Assembly: GCA_964016885.1 (NCBI GenBank) | Contig: OZ024755.1 | Location: 34,224,001-34,288,000 of the forward strand | DNA: 64,000 bases | Direction: 5' to 3' | From: Eledone cirrhosa | Lineage: Eukaryota | Shown here: one piece after another, positions 11,885-24,949 of the stretch | How positions within the stretch are numbered: the stretch's first letter is position 1 | Layout: the number at the start of each line of letters is the position of its first letter | Position numbers and translations under genes: made by a program | Notes under the pieces: model-generated | The model's input: the letters and a program-made list of their open reading frames with translations, nothing else | What the model was told of the DNA's origin: nothing | The model's database searches: none

Positions 11885-12099
11885 ATGTATAATGAACATA
11901 CGAGAGTCTCGCCGTGATCATGTCATAGCTATCTCAGGCGCGGTGAGAATGACAGACAGCTGTTTCTGGGTTTTTATTCGTCGTCAATGACTTTCACTTA
12001 CTCGGTAAAGCCTAGTATATGTTAGTTCACACCATATGCAAATGAACATTTCCAGCCGATGTTTCATATTGTATGACGCTGGAGTATAGGAGGCAGTGG

Positions 12100-12500
12100 G
12101 CAGCAATCATGCAGCTTTTAAAATACTAAATGAGCTCGATAAAGTAAAGTACACGAGAAGGTGTCCCACCTGCGGCAGCGCACTGTTCAGAGAGGTACTC
12201 AGCAGGACTGCTCGAGGATACACCGGAAGCTCCAGGTGCAACACGAACCAAGTCCTAGGAACCACTTCCTTCCTGTGCGTGCAGTCAACCACTGGAACAA
12301 CCTCAAACAAGAAACAGTTGACACACACCCTCAGTCAACATTTTTAAGTCAAGGCTCGAGAAAGAGTTGACCAACCACCCGCTCAAACTTAACTATAGCT
12401 TCTTGTATTGATGCCCTTCTGGGAGTCATCGATACCAAGTGATGCTCGATACTGAGAAGAGGATCGTCTCTACCTTGGTATGAGTTAAATTACCTTTACC
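12100..12500 (+). pseudogene. CR1-clade LINE 3' fragment (ORF2 C-terminus and 3' UTR)
   Basis: Frameshifted RG..RKLQVQH...RNHFLPVRAVNHWNNLKQETV...VNIFKSRLE matches the CR1 ORF2 end pattern RGH..KL...R..FF..RV...WN.LP...FK.RLD. Confidence 0.75.
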
Positions 12501-12829
12501 GGGTACCAAATGACCATACTTAAGATATATGCTAATATATACACCCCTGTGATGAATCACGCTATGTTAATGCCACTTCAAATATGTATGTATATGTGTA
12601 TATGAGTGGGTGGTTGTCTCTACAACAGGATTAGTTCAATTGAGTCGAACGCTTAAGGTTCCATTGTATGCTTTTCAAAATTCTACAGATTTTTCTCGTT
12701 GGTGTTGCAATAACAATATAAACTAAAAGTTTAAAAAATGGATGATACTAAGAGATCTTATCTGTGTGTACGTATGATCACCGCTGTCAAAAAATTATGA
12801 TCGGAAATTCTACTATATATATATATGGA

Positions 12830-13113
12830 TTTACAGAAACCCAAGAAGCTAGATTTACCATCTCTCTAGCGGGTCCGGGTATGCTTTTTACATTCATTTG
12901 ATTTATTGATTTATTGATAATTTATCTGAGTGTCCCGAATCTTCCATATCGCAATTTTTCGGTCGTATGGTTGATTGTAGACATATTCTACGTGTGACGG
13001 TATTTAACGATAGTTATAGCTCTGATTTATCTGAATTATGGAGCCCTCTGCCGCTCATCTCGAATTTTGTTCATCGTGAACTCGTGCGCCGATTTTTCGA
13101 TACTCGATTATTC

Positions 13114-13117
<4 letters not shown>
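12830..13117 (+). mobile_element. Family D repeat, second copy
   Basis: Diverged inverted homolog of 8583-8925; (TA)n on both sides. Confidence 0.65.
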
Positions 13118-13170
<53 letters not shown>

Positions 13171-13539
13171 TGAAAGCTTAGTAAAATCGAAGCTTTGGCT
13201 GTGGCCAAGCAAAGACGACCTACAATAAGGAATGAGTAGCAAAGCACTCAATAAGGGTAGGTCCTTAGTTTAATAACATACGTTTAAATAGCTTGACAAA
13301 TTGAAAATTGCGGTAGGCAAAACCCAACCATATAATACCAAAGTAACGAAAGAACTAATCAGGTTAAAAACAGACCTGGACAGATAGATCGAACGATATT
13401 CTGCAATACGTCCGAAATCATCAATCCAACTTACGCAACGCATATATATATATATATATAAATGTGTGTGTGTGTGTGTATATATATATAAATGCGTGTG
13501 TGTGTGTTGGGAGAGGCGGGCTACTGACTGCTATAGTGC

Positions 13540-13700
13540 TATCTTCACTGGCGCCCTAACTCGCCTAACAGAGGTAACTGGTGAATTTCGTGAGGGCGCT
13601 TGGTTGTTCCAGCGCATCAGCCTGGCCAGCAACCGCGGGCTGCTGGCTGGCCTAAAGAATTATTAGAGAGGTTTCCCAATGCTCCTCGCGATACTGTTAT
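13540..13700 (+). pseudogene. CRE-clade retrotransposon 3' relic
   Basis: RLTEVTGEFREGAWLFQRISLA matches WLFQRVSLA of the 15395 element. Confidence 0.65.
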
Positions 13701-13825
13701 CTTTTGCTCTGGTAGCGGCTCGGTTGTCCACCCCTTTCGCCTGCCTTATATGGTTTCCAGTTGTGTGTGCGCGTTCTTTTCTTTTCTCTTTCATTTTTCC
13801 CTTTCCTTTATATTATATTTGTTTA

Positions 13826-14248
13826 GTGGATTGGCAGTATCGGTGGAGGGTCGGACGCCATGCTTTCCAGCATAGTTACGTCCCTTTACGATCTGAGTTC
13901 AAATCCCGTCGAGGTTGACTTTGCCTTTCATCCTTACGGGGTCGATAAAATAAATTACCAGTAATGCACTGGATAATTGCTGGCCTTGTGCCTAAAGTAG
14001 AAACAATTATATTTGTTTGTGCTTTCGTTCTGTAAGCATTGTATTATATCTCTTTAAGGGCGGTGGATTGGCAGTATCGGTAGAGGGTCGGACGCCATGC
14101 TTTCCAGCATAATTACGTCCCTTTACGGTATGAGTTCAAATCCCGCCGAGGTTAACTTTGCCTTTCATCCTTACGGAGTCGATAAAATAAAATACCAGTA
14201 ATGCACTGGGGTAATTGCTGGCCTTGTGCCAAAAGTAGAAACAATTAT
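13826..14248 (+). mobile_element. Two tandem SINE B copies (13826-14010, 14058-14248)
   Basis: First has TSD ATTATATTTGTTT (13812-13824 / 14006-14018). Confidence 0.92.
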
Positions 14249-14661
14249 TGTATCTCTTTTGATACAACATAAAAATGGAATATGTGTCTCAGTGTCTCTT
14301 TTATTTTGTCTTTCTTTTTGCCTCTCTGTATTTCCAGAATGTTAGTCACTTTCACTGTTTACCCTCCCCCGCACAGAGAAATGTCCCATTTATATTCGAA
14401 AGGACGTATTTGTTTTGTTCACGTTGCATTTTTGCAGCATATGTATCGGGTATATCTTCATATACACCTCTGTTACGAATCACTCTATGTTAGTGTTATT
14501 CCTAATGTGTACCATATAAAATACGATCTTCCAAAATAAAATCACCTGAAGAGTGACACGGTGGACAAGAAACTATTAAGCTTTTCATCGCCTCTGAAAT
14601 GCAGCATAATAGGCAATAAAATGGAGTAGAAAAAATAAAAGTTTCTTCTTCACTTATATAT

Positions 14662-15080
14662 ATAATTGTTTCTACTTTTGGCACAAGGCCAGCAATTACC
14701 CAGTACATTACTGGTACTTTATTTTATCGACCCCGTAAGGATAAAAGGCAAAGTTAACCTCGGCGGGATATGATCCGAGTTCAAATCACGCCGGGGTTAA
14801 CTTTGCCTTTCATCTTTACGGGGTCGATAAAATAAAGTACCAGTAATGCACTGAGATAATTGCTGGCCTTGTGCCAAAAGTAGAAACAATTATTTAAAAC
14901 CTATGGGTGGTAGAGGGCCGGACGCCATGCTTTGCAGAGAGGAGTTACGGCCCTTTATGGTGTGAGTTCAAATCCCGCCGAGGTTAACTTTGCCTTTCAT
15001 CCTTACGGGGTCGATAAAATAAAGTACCAGTAATGCACTGGGGTAATTGTTGGCCTTGTGCCTAACGTAGAAACAATTAT
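14662..15080. mobile_element. SINE B cluster: back-to-back 3' halves (14662-14772 -, 14774-14893 +) and a near-full copy 14905-15080 (+)
   Basis: Repeated B body and tail motifs. Confidence 0.88.
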
Positions 15081-15394
15081 TATATTTACACTGTTTATCT
15101 CTACACCTTGATACAGACGTGAACCTAAACATCAAGTGCTCACCTGGGTGAACCTACAGTAACTTCATGTTACACTCCCTGGGTATATATATATATATAT
15201 AAGCTATAATAAAGTAAGGAATGCGGGACTGCGTCCAGAATATGTTACTTTATCCCGTTTGTAAAATAAGTTGGATTACTTTCAATATATAACGAATGAA
15301 TATTACATAATTTATCTACTAAATTTCGGTAATCTTGATTAAATATAAATAATGCTGTTGTTTATTTTAAGATTCACTTCTTTAAAATTTTCAG

Positions 15395-16970
15395 ATGTCA
15401 GCCGTTGGTATTGACCACATCGCCCGGAGTATCACGGCCCCTCTCAACGTTTGGTATCTGGATGATGCTACGTTGGGCGGGCCCGTACGGACGGTCTGCC
15501 AAGACCTTCAATCGGTGATTCCTGCCCTGGCGGGAATCGGCCTCCAGGTCAACTCGGCCAAGTCGGAGGTGGTGAACGTCAGCCTCGATGCTGCGAGCTT
15601 TGCAGCCTCCGTCTTGGACGTGCGGTCCATTCACCGCCAGGTTCAGGTGACCCCCCCCCCCCCCCAAAGAGGATGTCCTCATCCTCGGGGCACCGATCCA
15701 CCATCAGGTCCAGACTCTCACGAGCCGACTGGGCTCTCTTTCTGCTGAGGAACTGCTTCGCCATGCCGAAGCTCCTCTATACACTCCGCAGCGCTCCATG
15801 CTACACCCAGACATCTCTCCTCGCTGACCTCGATACTTGTATCCGAGCAGTAGCCGAGGGGATATGCAACGTCAAGTTTGACGACATAGGGTGGCAACAG
15901 GCCATTTTACCGGTCAGGTATGGCGGCCTAGGCCTCCGATCCCCGATCTCACTAGCTTTGCCGGCGTATCTTTCGTCGGTAACCTCGTGCTGCGTCCTCG
16001 TCAGCAGGATTCTTCAAAACACAACAGAACCCTCTGTGTTCAGAGAACGTGAGGCCGCCTGTGAGACGTGGGACCGGCTGGGACTTAGCCCAGTAGACGT
16101 CCCTCCTCCTTCTTCCCCTGTTGACGTCATGTCCCCCCAACGCACTTGGGATGCCATCCAGTGCAGCCTGGCCTCAGACAGGCTCACGCGCCAGCTCGAC
16201 CAGCACCGCCTTGCTTGTTTTCGTGCGGCCTCCAAACCCCACAGTGGTGCCTGGCTCCATGCTCTGCCCTCCTTCTCCACTGGCACGCAGCTAGACAACC
16301 ATAGCCTGCGAATCGGCGTTTCCCTGAGGCTCGGCCTCCGGATCTGCCAGCCACACCAATGTCGCTGCGGTTCCACCGTGGACTCTTTCGGCCTCCACCC
16401 GCTTTCCTGTCGCCACAGTGCCGGCCGCATTCCACGCCATACTGCCCTCAACGAGGTCATTAAGCATGGCTTGGACGCTGCAGGCTTCCCTTCCCAGCTC
16501 GAGCCGGTGGGGCTGGATCAAGGCGACGGCAAAATGCCAGATGGCATGACCGTCTTCCCGTTCCGCGGTGGCAAACCCCTCGTCTGGGATGCCACTTGCA
16601 CCGACACTTTCTGCAGCCGCAACCTGGTGCAGTCTGCGACTGACCCAGGTTCTGCTGCATGTCGGGTTGAGGGGGCCAAACTCCTCAAATACCGGTCGCT
16701 CTCCGACAGGTTTGCGGTCATTCCGCTGGCAGTGGAAACTTCTGGTGTCCTCGGCCCTAGGGCTACCTCCTTACTCACCACCATAGGCGCTGAGCTGGCC
16801 AGCCGCAGGTGTGAGCCCCGCGAGTTGGAATGGCTTTTCCAGCGCGTCTCCCTTGCCAGTTCTCCGGGGAAACGCCTTCTCCATTCTGTCCGCCGGGGCT
16901 TTGGGTGGGCCCCATCGCGTACCAATACATTAGTTAAATAGCATTCTTTCATCGTCTATTATTTATATAT
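15395..16970 (+). mobile_element. 5'-truncated CRE-clade non-LTR retrotransposon (RT C-terminal half, zinc knuckle, restriction-like endonuclease), frameshifted
   Basis: RT motif WYLDD, then ILGAPI, GGLGL, C-x-C...H...C knuckle (CRCG...HPLSC), RH, PDG, WDATC.DT, K..KY, PLAVETSG.LG. Frame breaks near the poly-C at 15652-15665 and near 16858 (off-frame VLRGNAFSIL). GC-rich relative to flanks. Confidence 0.88.
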
Positions 16971-17954
16971 ATGAATGTACGCATACACGCACACACACAC
17001 ACACACACACACTTTCGGTTAGCGAACGCTTAAATAAACATTCATATATTTCCGTCACTAATTTACTCCTAATGCAGTTTTATTTATAATATCGTCTTTT
17101 TTTTAATGTATCATGGATTACGTTACTTATTACATAAGACAGTGTAGCGCAGTCTTGTTCAATTACAGTGTATATTGTCAATTACGATTTTATTTGATGT
17201 ATCATATCTACATGCATATATACTTGCGTATAATATCAATATACACACTACACATGCTAGCAGATATATAACTTAGGAAAATTAACTAAGAGAAGACAAG
17301 GCAACAAACAAAAACAGGCAAAACGTTTTTTTTTAAGGGGAAACCTCAAAAACATTTTCTTTTTAAAATAAAAATACAAACTAAAAACACAGAACTCTAT
17401 TTGGCCATTGAGATAGACTTTGCTGGGGTACGGCGTCTGACAAAAAAGTCAAAGCGCTCTCCTTGGAATAAAAGACAAGACAAAACAATAACGTCTAGCA
17501 GTTATATGATATATATGTAAAAGGTAAACTGATATAACAAAAAAAAAACTAAACAATGAAGAAATATATTAGTTTAACTCTTGAAATAATAGGAAAAGAA
17601 CCTTACGATTTTGGACACAAGTCCACCATCAGAAGATAGAATGAGAATTAAAAGATAAATTGGAAAGAAAAAAAGTGGGAAGAGCAAGGAACGGAAAAAA
17701 AACTCACTTGCGTATACAGTCAGCCATTTTGGAGACATGTTAGATTAGTGCAATTGAGACATAGGGTTAGACGTTAGAGAGGTTTAGGAAGGGAAGTAAT
17801 AACCGTATATTTGGGGTGGACATCTGTATGGGTACGTATGGGAGTGTAGAGGTGTGAGTGAGTGCATGCACGCGAACTGACCAATGTAGAGAGATGAACA
17901 AAAATGTATATGATTTTGCACGTATACATACATACATTTGACGTTTGACCGTAC

Positions 17955-18238
17955 TCCGTCGGTTATGACGATAAATGTTCCAATTGATACGATCAACGAA
18001 ACAGCCTGCTTGTGGAATTAACGTGCAAGTGACTGAGCATTCCACAAACACGCATGCACTTAGCGTAGTTCTCAGGGAGATTCAGCGTGGTACAGAATGT
18101 GACAATACTGACCCTTCGAATTACAGGTACAACTCACTTTTGTCAACTGAATGGACTGGAGCAACATGAAATGAAGTATCTTGCTCAAGGACACAACACG
18201 TCGCCGAATATCCTAACCACAAGGCTACGCACCTTCAC
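17955..18238 (-). mobile_element. SINE family A3
   Basis: Homologous to 4758-5073. Confidence 0.8.
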
Positions 18239-18960
18239 ATATTCATACAAGATGGCTGCAACCCGATTTCGAGTAATGCCATCTCTTGATACTTAATCAT
18301 GAGCATCACGGACGTGGCCTTTAGTCCTGCTAGGGACTTGCCTAGGCTTGTATAGACTAGGGACCAACAATACTACGCATCGCAAAAAATGTCACATATC
18401 AAGCGATGCCTGTGCTTGAAGCTTTTTAAGTGAAAGGCTTTGCATGGGCCAATCCCACTCTCTGAACATCGAACACATTTGCCCAAAATGAAGGGTCTAC
18501 ATCATTGGATGTAAACGAAGTCGCAGGTTTTATATCAGAATGACCTACTCCTAGAGAGATGTTTTAATGAAGACTAGGGGGTCTCTCGCGTTACATAAAA
18601 AAAACTTTATTGGATGGCTGTTGACTCTCCTGAGTTCCTCCGCCCTTTGATGGGTTTTGTTTTTCACCTCGCAGTGGGTCAAAATTCATCCTCCCCACCA
18701 AGCAAGCAAGCTTGGTGCGTTTGCCAGTTTAGTCACTGTCAATCTGACCATGCACAGGTTGTACTGAGTTACATGTTGCCAGTAACGTTGAACCTGGCAT
18801 AACATACATACATAGCAGCAGTTGAAAGAAGGAGGTGGTAGTTAATCCGTTGCTTTTCAAGTCGTACTCATTGGTCAAATAATTGATCACTCGACGAAGT
18901 TTACTTTCTGAGTTGTGATGTAATCATGCTGGTCCGTGTACCAGCATGATTATCAATATA

Positions 18961-19146
18961 ATAATTGTTTCTACTTTAGGCACAAGGCCAGCAATTATCC
19001 AGTGCATTACTGGTACTTTATTTTATCGACCCCGTAAAGATGAAAGGCAAAGTTAACCTCGACGAGATTTGAACTCAGAACGTTTGGGCCATAATTCTAT
19101 GCTGCAAAGCATGCTGTCTGACGCTCTTCCGATACTGCCAATCCAT
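18961..19146 (-). mobile_element. SINE family B
   Basis: Body and tail motifs in reverse complement. Confidence 0.9.
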
Positions 19147-19368
19147 GAAGAAGAAGTCAGTGTAATTGACTCCTACACCATTTTCTTGACCACTTTGTCA
19201 CTGTTATATATATTTCAGTGGTATCTCTTATGTTGTAGGTACAACCTCATCAGACAGCTATTGTGTAATCTTTTGTTCAACGAGTGATATGTCCCATGTA
19301 TGTTTTGATGTTGCTCCTCCAACGCCAAGCCCCCCCCCCCACACACACACACGCACGTATATATCAAC

Positions 19369-19420
19369 AAATTTATCCGAATCCGAAAGTTATCCATGAA
19401 TACAATCAAAATGTCTGACC

Positions 19421-19482
<62 letters not shown>

Positions 19483-19528
19483 CTATTTTGATTGTATTCG
19501 TGGATAACGTTTGGATTCGGATGGATTT
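19369..19528. repeat. Imperfect 44-bp inverted repeat enclosing (GT)n
   Basis: AAATTTATCCGAATCCGAAAGTTATCCATGAATACAATCAAAAT vs its near reverse complement at 19485-19528. Confidence 0.8.
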
Positions 19529-19882
19529 ATTCCTGTTCAAATTAAGGCGAATAGCAACCTTAGTAACACATAAGTGTATGAATGTTATATCTTGGTACCA
19601 TGTGGACAGAGTTCACCATCAACAAGCATTCCAAATAAAGGGCTTTGTGGGATAGCTGTTAGTGGACGGAGATCACCATCAACAGGCATTCCAAATAAAG
19701 ACCTTTGTGGGATAGCTGTTACCATATTTACTTGAGTTCATGGACAACATTGGTTTGGTCTGTGTCTATTAGCTACTTGTTTATTTCATTAGAAGCATGT
19801 GGCAGTATATGTGAGTTGAAAGGATTATCTGAGAGCCGACAGAACTTAAAAGGACTGTCTTTGAGTCTACATGTATTTTCTG

Positions 19883-20076
19883 CAGACCTGTCAACTCTCC
19901 CTGTCCGACGGGGAGATTTCCAGCCGCTTTGGTGTGCGTGAGAGATGACTTCTCTTGTGAAAATGGGTATAGCTTTCATTGTGTAAAACCTCCCCATTTT
20001 GCCTCATTTCTCCCCGCTTTGGGTCACTTTTTTTCATAGTACTTCCCGTTCGGGTTTTTAGAGGTTGGCAGATCTG
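19883..20076 (-). mobile_element. hAT-like MITE
   Basis: TIRs CAGACCTGTCAAC / GTTGGCAGATCTG; inverted homolog of 30346-30541. Confidence 0.72.
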
Positions 20077-20550
20077 TGTCTGGCTAACTCGATACATGGA
20101 CTGCTATATTTTTAGCTATATCGAGTGGAAGGTTTTGGGAATTTTGGCAAGCATACTGGCTTGCTTGCTATTTCAGATTTAGGGGAAAGGCGATTTGTTG
20201 CCGATGATGAGTATGGACAGAGTTAGATACCGTGACTTCCACCAGGTACCTATTTAGTGGTTAGGGGGGGGGGGTTACAAGTTCTTCACGTGGTAGTTTT
20301 GCTATGTTAATGTTTCATTAACCTTTATTTAGATAATATGTATTTGTCCAGATTAATATTTAATTATTTAGATATTCTATTTAATATTTTTATATTTTTA
20401 TTCAGTTAATACTCCAGTAACATAGTCTTCCTTTTATTGATTGCTTTAGATAACTTTTATTTAGTTACTATTTTATTATATTTAGATATTAGAATTTGAA
20501 TTTTCACTCTAACATAGCAGATACTGAAACGTAAATATGAGTTATATCAA

Positions 20551-20918
20551 ATAATTGTTTCTACTTTAGGCACAAGGCCAGCAATTTTAGGGGGAAGGGA
20601 AAATCGATTAAATCGACCCTAGTGTATTACTAGTGCTTTATTTATCGACCCTGTAAGGATGAAAGGCAAAGCTAGCCTCAGCAGGATTTGAACTCAGAAC
20701 GTAAAGGGTCGTAACTCTATGCTGCAAAGCATGGTGTCCGACTCTCTACCGATACTGCCAATATCAAATAATTGTTTCTACTTTTGGCACAAGGCCAGCA
20801 ATTACCCAGTGCATTACTGGTACTTCATTTTATCGACCCCGCAAGGATGAAAGGCAAAGTTAACCTCGGTGGGATTTGAACTCAGAATGGCAAGGGCCGT
20901 AACTCTGTGCGTCAAAGC
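20551..20918 (-). mobile_element. Two tandem SINE B copies (long variant 20551-20760, short variant 20768-20918)
   Basis: Both tails abut the same ATATCAAATAATT sequence (20544-20556, 20761-20773). Confidence 0.88.
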
Positions 20919-21276
20919 CTATATATAACTTGTTTGTGTACGCACGCAAGGTCCCCATGTGTCCACCAGCCATGAAACCTGCATCATGTGCAGACTCTTA
21001 CCCAGTACCTTAGATCACCAGTCCCCATGTATATTATATAACCATATGCACCACAGCCCTCAAGTAGTTTATGCAACTTTACGCACACCCCAATAATGTC
21101 CGGCCCCCCTCGGTATCCTTGTCATGTATACATTCCTTTTTCCAGCATTTTATTTTATTTTATTTTATTTTATATTATTTAATATTATTTTATTCTATGT
21201 ACATACAGGCATGTTTCTATATGTATGTGCCACCCAAGTTATATGTGATTAGTGCAGGGATACTATGCGGCTATAA

Positions 21277-21620
21277 TCATCATCATCATCATCATCATTT
21301 TACGTCCGCTTTTCCCTGCTTGCAAGGGTGGGATGGGAACTGATTTTGGCTTGATTTCTACAGCTGGATGCCCTTCCTAACACCAACCTCATTTACAGTG
21401 AGTGCTGGGTGCTTTTTTGCCGTGGCACATCCACGACCACTTTGCAGTGGAATGATAGGGACCCCAGTCCCTATCATCTCATTTCTACAGCTGAGTAAAC
21501 TGGAGCAATGTGAAATAAAGTGTCTTGCTCAAGGAAACAACACATCACCCGGTCTGAGAATTGAACTCACAACCTTTCGATTGCAAGGCCAATGCTCTAA
21601 CCACTAAGCCATGTGCCTCC
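21277..21620 (-). mobile_element. SINE family A
   Basis: Full-length match to family A. Confidence 0.92.
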
Positions 21621-21960
21621 ATAATATTTATGCATATTGTGCATGCACTTTCGGGCTTATATCGCCACATGATCGGGTTGGGTCCAAGTCTCAAAAACGT
21701 TGTCTCATATAATACTATGTGCACCATGTGCACAGCTGTGCACGTGTGTGTACGGATGGGAGGGTAGTCATCAAGTATGCGCCCTCGATATGAGCATGCG
21801 CGGGTACATGTATGTATGTGCGTCCACGCAGATATGCATGCGCACGTGTGTGCACATGTCCGGGTGGATGTAATTGTATGAACATGTCTGTGTGGGGGTA
21901 TGAATGCCTATGTGTAGATCTTTCTTTTTTTTCATCTGTGTATATATGTGCAGCGTCTTA

Positions 21961-24090
21961 ACTATACACACTTCCCTGAGTACAGTGTGTGAGTGTATAT
22001 ATGTGTATATCAACTGTACACACTTCCCTGAGTACAGTGTGTGAGTGTAGATATGTGTATATCAACTGTACACACTTCCCTGAATACAGTGTGTGAGTGT
22101 AGATATGTGTATATCAACTATACACACTTCCCTGAGTACAGTGTGTGAGTGTAGATATGAGTATATCAACTGTACACACTTCCCTGAGTACAGTGTGTGA
22201 GTGTAGATATGTGTATATCAACTATACACACTTCCCTGAGTACAGTGTGTGAGTGTAGATATGAGTATATCAACTGTACACACTTCCCTGAGTACAGTGT
22301 GTGAGTGTAGATGTGTATATATCAACTATACACACTTCCCTGAGTACAGTGTGTGAGTGTAGATATGAGTATATCAACTGTACACACTTCCCTGAGTACA
22401 GTGTGTGAGTGTAGATGTGTGTATATCAACTGTACACACTTCCCTGAGTACAGTGTGTGAGTGTAGATATGAGTATATCAACTATACACACTTCCCTGAG
22501 TACAGTGTGTGAGTGTAGATGTGTGTATATCAACTATACACACTTCCCTGAGTACAGGGTGTGAGTGTAGATATGTGTATATCAACTGTACACACTTCCC
22601 TGAGTACAGTGTGTGAGTGTAGATATGAGTATATCAACTGTACACACTTCCCTGAGTACAGTGTGTGAGTGTAGATGTGTGTATATCAACTATACACACT
22701 TCCCTGAGTACAGTGTGTGAGTGTAGATATGAGTATATCAACTGTACACACTTCCCTGAGTACAGTGTGTGAGTGTAGATATGAGTATATCAACTGTACA
22801 CACTTCCCTGAGTACAGTGTGTGAGTGTAGATGTGTGTATATCAACTGTACACACTTCCCTGAGTACAGGGTGTGAGTGTAGATATGTGTATATCAACTA
22901 TACACACTTCCCTGAGTACAGTGTGTGAGTGTAGATATCATCATCATCATCATCATCATTTTACGTCCGCTTTTCCCTGCTTGCAAGGGTGGGACGGGAA
23001 CTGATTCTGGCTTGATTTCTACAGCTGGATGCCCTTCCTAACACCAACCTCATTTACAGTGAGTGCTGGGTGCTTTTTTGCCGTGGCACCTCCACGACCA
23101 CTTTGCAGTGGAATGATAGGGACCCCAGTCCCTATCATCTCATTTCTACAGCTGAGTAAACTGGAGCAATGTGAAATAAAGTGTCTTGCTCAAGGACACA
23201 ACACATCACCCAGTCTGAGAATTGAATTCACAACCTTTTGATTGCAAGGCCAATGCTCTAACCACTAAGCCATGTGCCTCCATTGCAAGGCCAATGCTCT
23301 ATGAGTATATCAACTGTACACACTTCCCTGAGTACAGTGTGTGAGTGTAGATGTGTGTATATCAACTATACACACTTCCCTGAGTACAGGGTGTGAGTGT
23401 AGATATGTGTATATCAACTATACACACTTCCCTGAGTACAGTGTGTGAGTGTAGATGTGTGTATATCAACTGTACACACTTCCCTGAGTACAGTGTGTGA
23501 GTGTAGATGTGTGTATATCAACTGTACACACTTCCCTGAGTACAGTGTGTGAGTGTAGATATGAGTATATCAACTGTACACACTTCCCTGAGTACAGGGT
23601 GTGAGTGTAGATATGTGTATATCAACTGTACACACTTCCCTGAGTACAGTGTGTGAGTGTAGATGTGTGTATATCAACTGTACACACTTCCCTGAGTACA
23701 GTGTGTGAGTGTAGATATGTGTATATCAACTGTACACGCTTCCCTGAGTACAGTGTGTGAGTGTAGATATGTATATATCAACTGTACACGCTTCCCTGAG
23801 TACAGTGTGTGAGTGTAGATGTGTATATATCAACTGTACACACTTCCCTGAGTACAGTGTGTGAGTGTAGATGTGTGTATATCAACTGTACACACTTCCC
23901 TGAGTACAGTGTGTGAGTGTAGATGTGTATATATCAACTATACACACTTCCCTGAGTACAGTGTGTGAGTGTAGATGTGTATATATCAACTATACACACT
24001 TCCCTGAGTACAGTGTGTGAGTGTAGATGTGTATATATCAACTATACACACTTCCCTGAGTACAGTGTGTGAGTGTAGATATGTGTATAT
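21961..24090. repeat. 52-bp minisatellite (CAACT(G/A)TACACACTTCCCTGAGTACAGTGTGTGAGTGTAGAT...), about 34 copies, interrupted by a SINE
   Basis: Period 52 (e.g. CAAC at 22011 and 22063). Confidence 0.95.
22937..23281 (-). mobile_element. SINE family A inserted into the 52-bp array
   Basis: Full-length match; array resumes in register after 23300. Confidence 0.92.
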
Positions 24091-24949
24091 TTATCAAAAA
24101 TACCTTCGAAATAACTTTTTTTGAAAGGCTGTTCCAAGCATTCATTTAAAAACGTTCTTTGTACAGAGTTCTTTTTCTTTTTGAAATATGTATGTTTTAA
24201 TGTATTCTGAGGCTGTGTTCTTGAAACGTTATGCTAAAAATTTTTCTAATATTTTTCTAATATTTTTCTAATTTGATTTAAAAATTCCCTCCAAGCATTA
24301 TTTACGGTGATCGTCGCATACAATACAGTTGCGGGTGTGTACGTGATCGGTGTAGATGAGGGCGCCTAAAGACACTGAAAACGTTGAAGTGCCGCCAGCA
24401 GTTCAAGCATACAACCCCTCACCTACTACAGTAGTAATTCTGACCTAAGAAACAAATTTGATTGACAGGTGGAGAATGAACAGAACCAAATAGTGGACAA
24501 CCATGAGTGGCTAAAAATACCGATGACGTGTACAATTCTTGACCACTTATAGAATGACAACAGGATCTAAGCCGACAAGCGAAGTATATCGATGTAAAAG
24601 AATATAGGAAAATCTGCTTCGTAGAATCAAGACGTATCTGAGGACCTTGCGATTTTCAGAGTCAGGTTCGATCATCACATCGATCGTGCCTCGAGCTGGT
24701 CGCCAGAAAAACGATTGTAATATGTCCAATAAATTCCATTCATCGCAACACTGAGTCTCTTTTTTTTCTATGAGATATATATAAACGTGATTTTGTCTTT
24801 GCGTGTAATTGTTTTTCACCGCTCCAAATAATGACGTATTATCTTCGTTTTGTCCCGTTCTTTGCCAGGGAGCGTTTCCACGAACCAAAGTATCGTCTTC
24901 CTCCGGTTGCAACGTTTTTTGAAATATTTACTTCTGCGTTCACAGAATG

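Noticed and set aside
13172-13440. Possible hammerhead half or CR1 fragment
   Set aside because: No CTGANGA and only a few matching residues
15673-16941. Intact 422-aa functional protein
   Set aside because: Lacks the RT N-terminal half, is cut off from the YLDD frame, and is frameshifted near its end
21961-24090. CRISPR-like regular repeats (also the 48-bp and 23-bp arrays)
   Set aside because: No unique spacers, no cas genes, eukaryotic context
24550-24760. Possible GIY-YIG remnant upstream of the PLE-like end (FRVRFDHH...)
   Set aside because: Needs several frameshifts; too weak to call by eye
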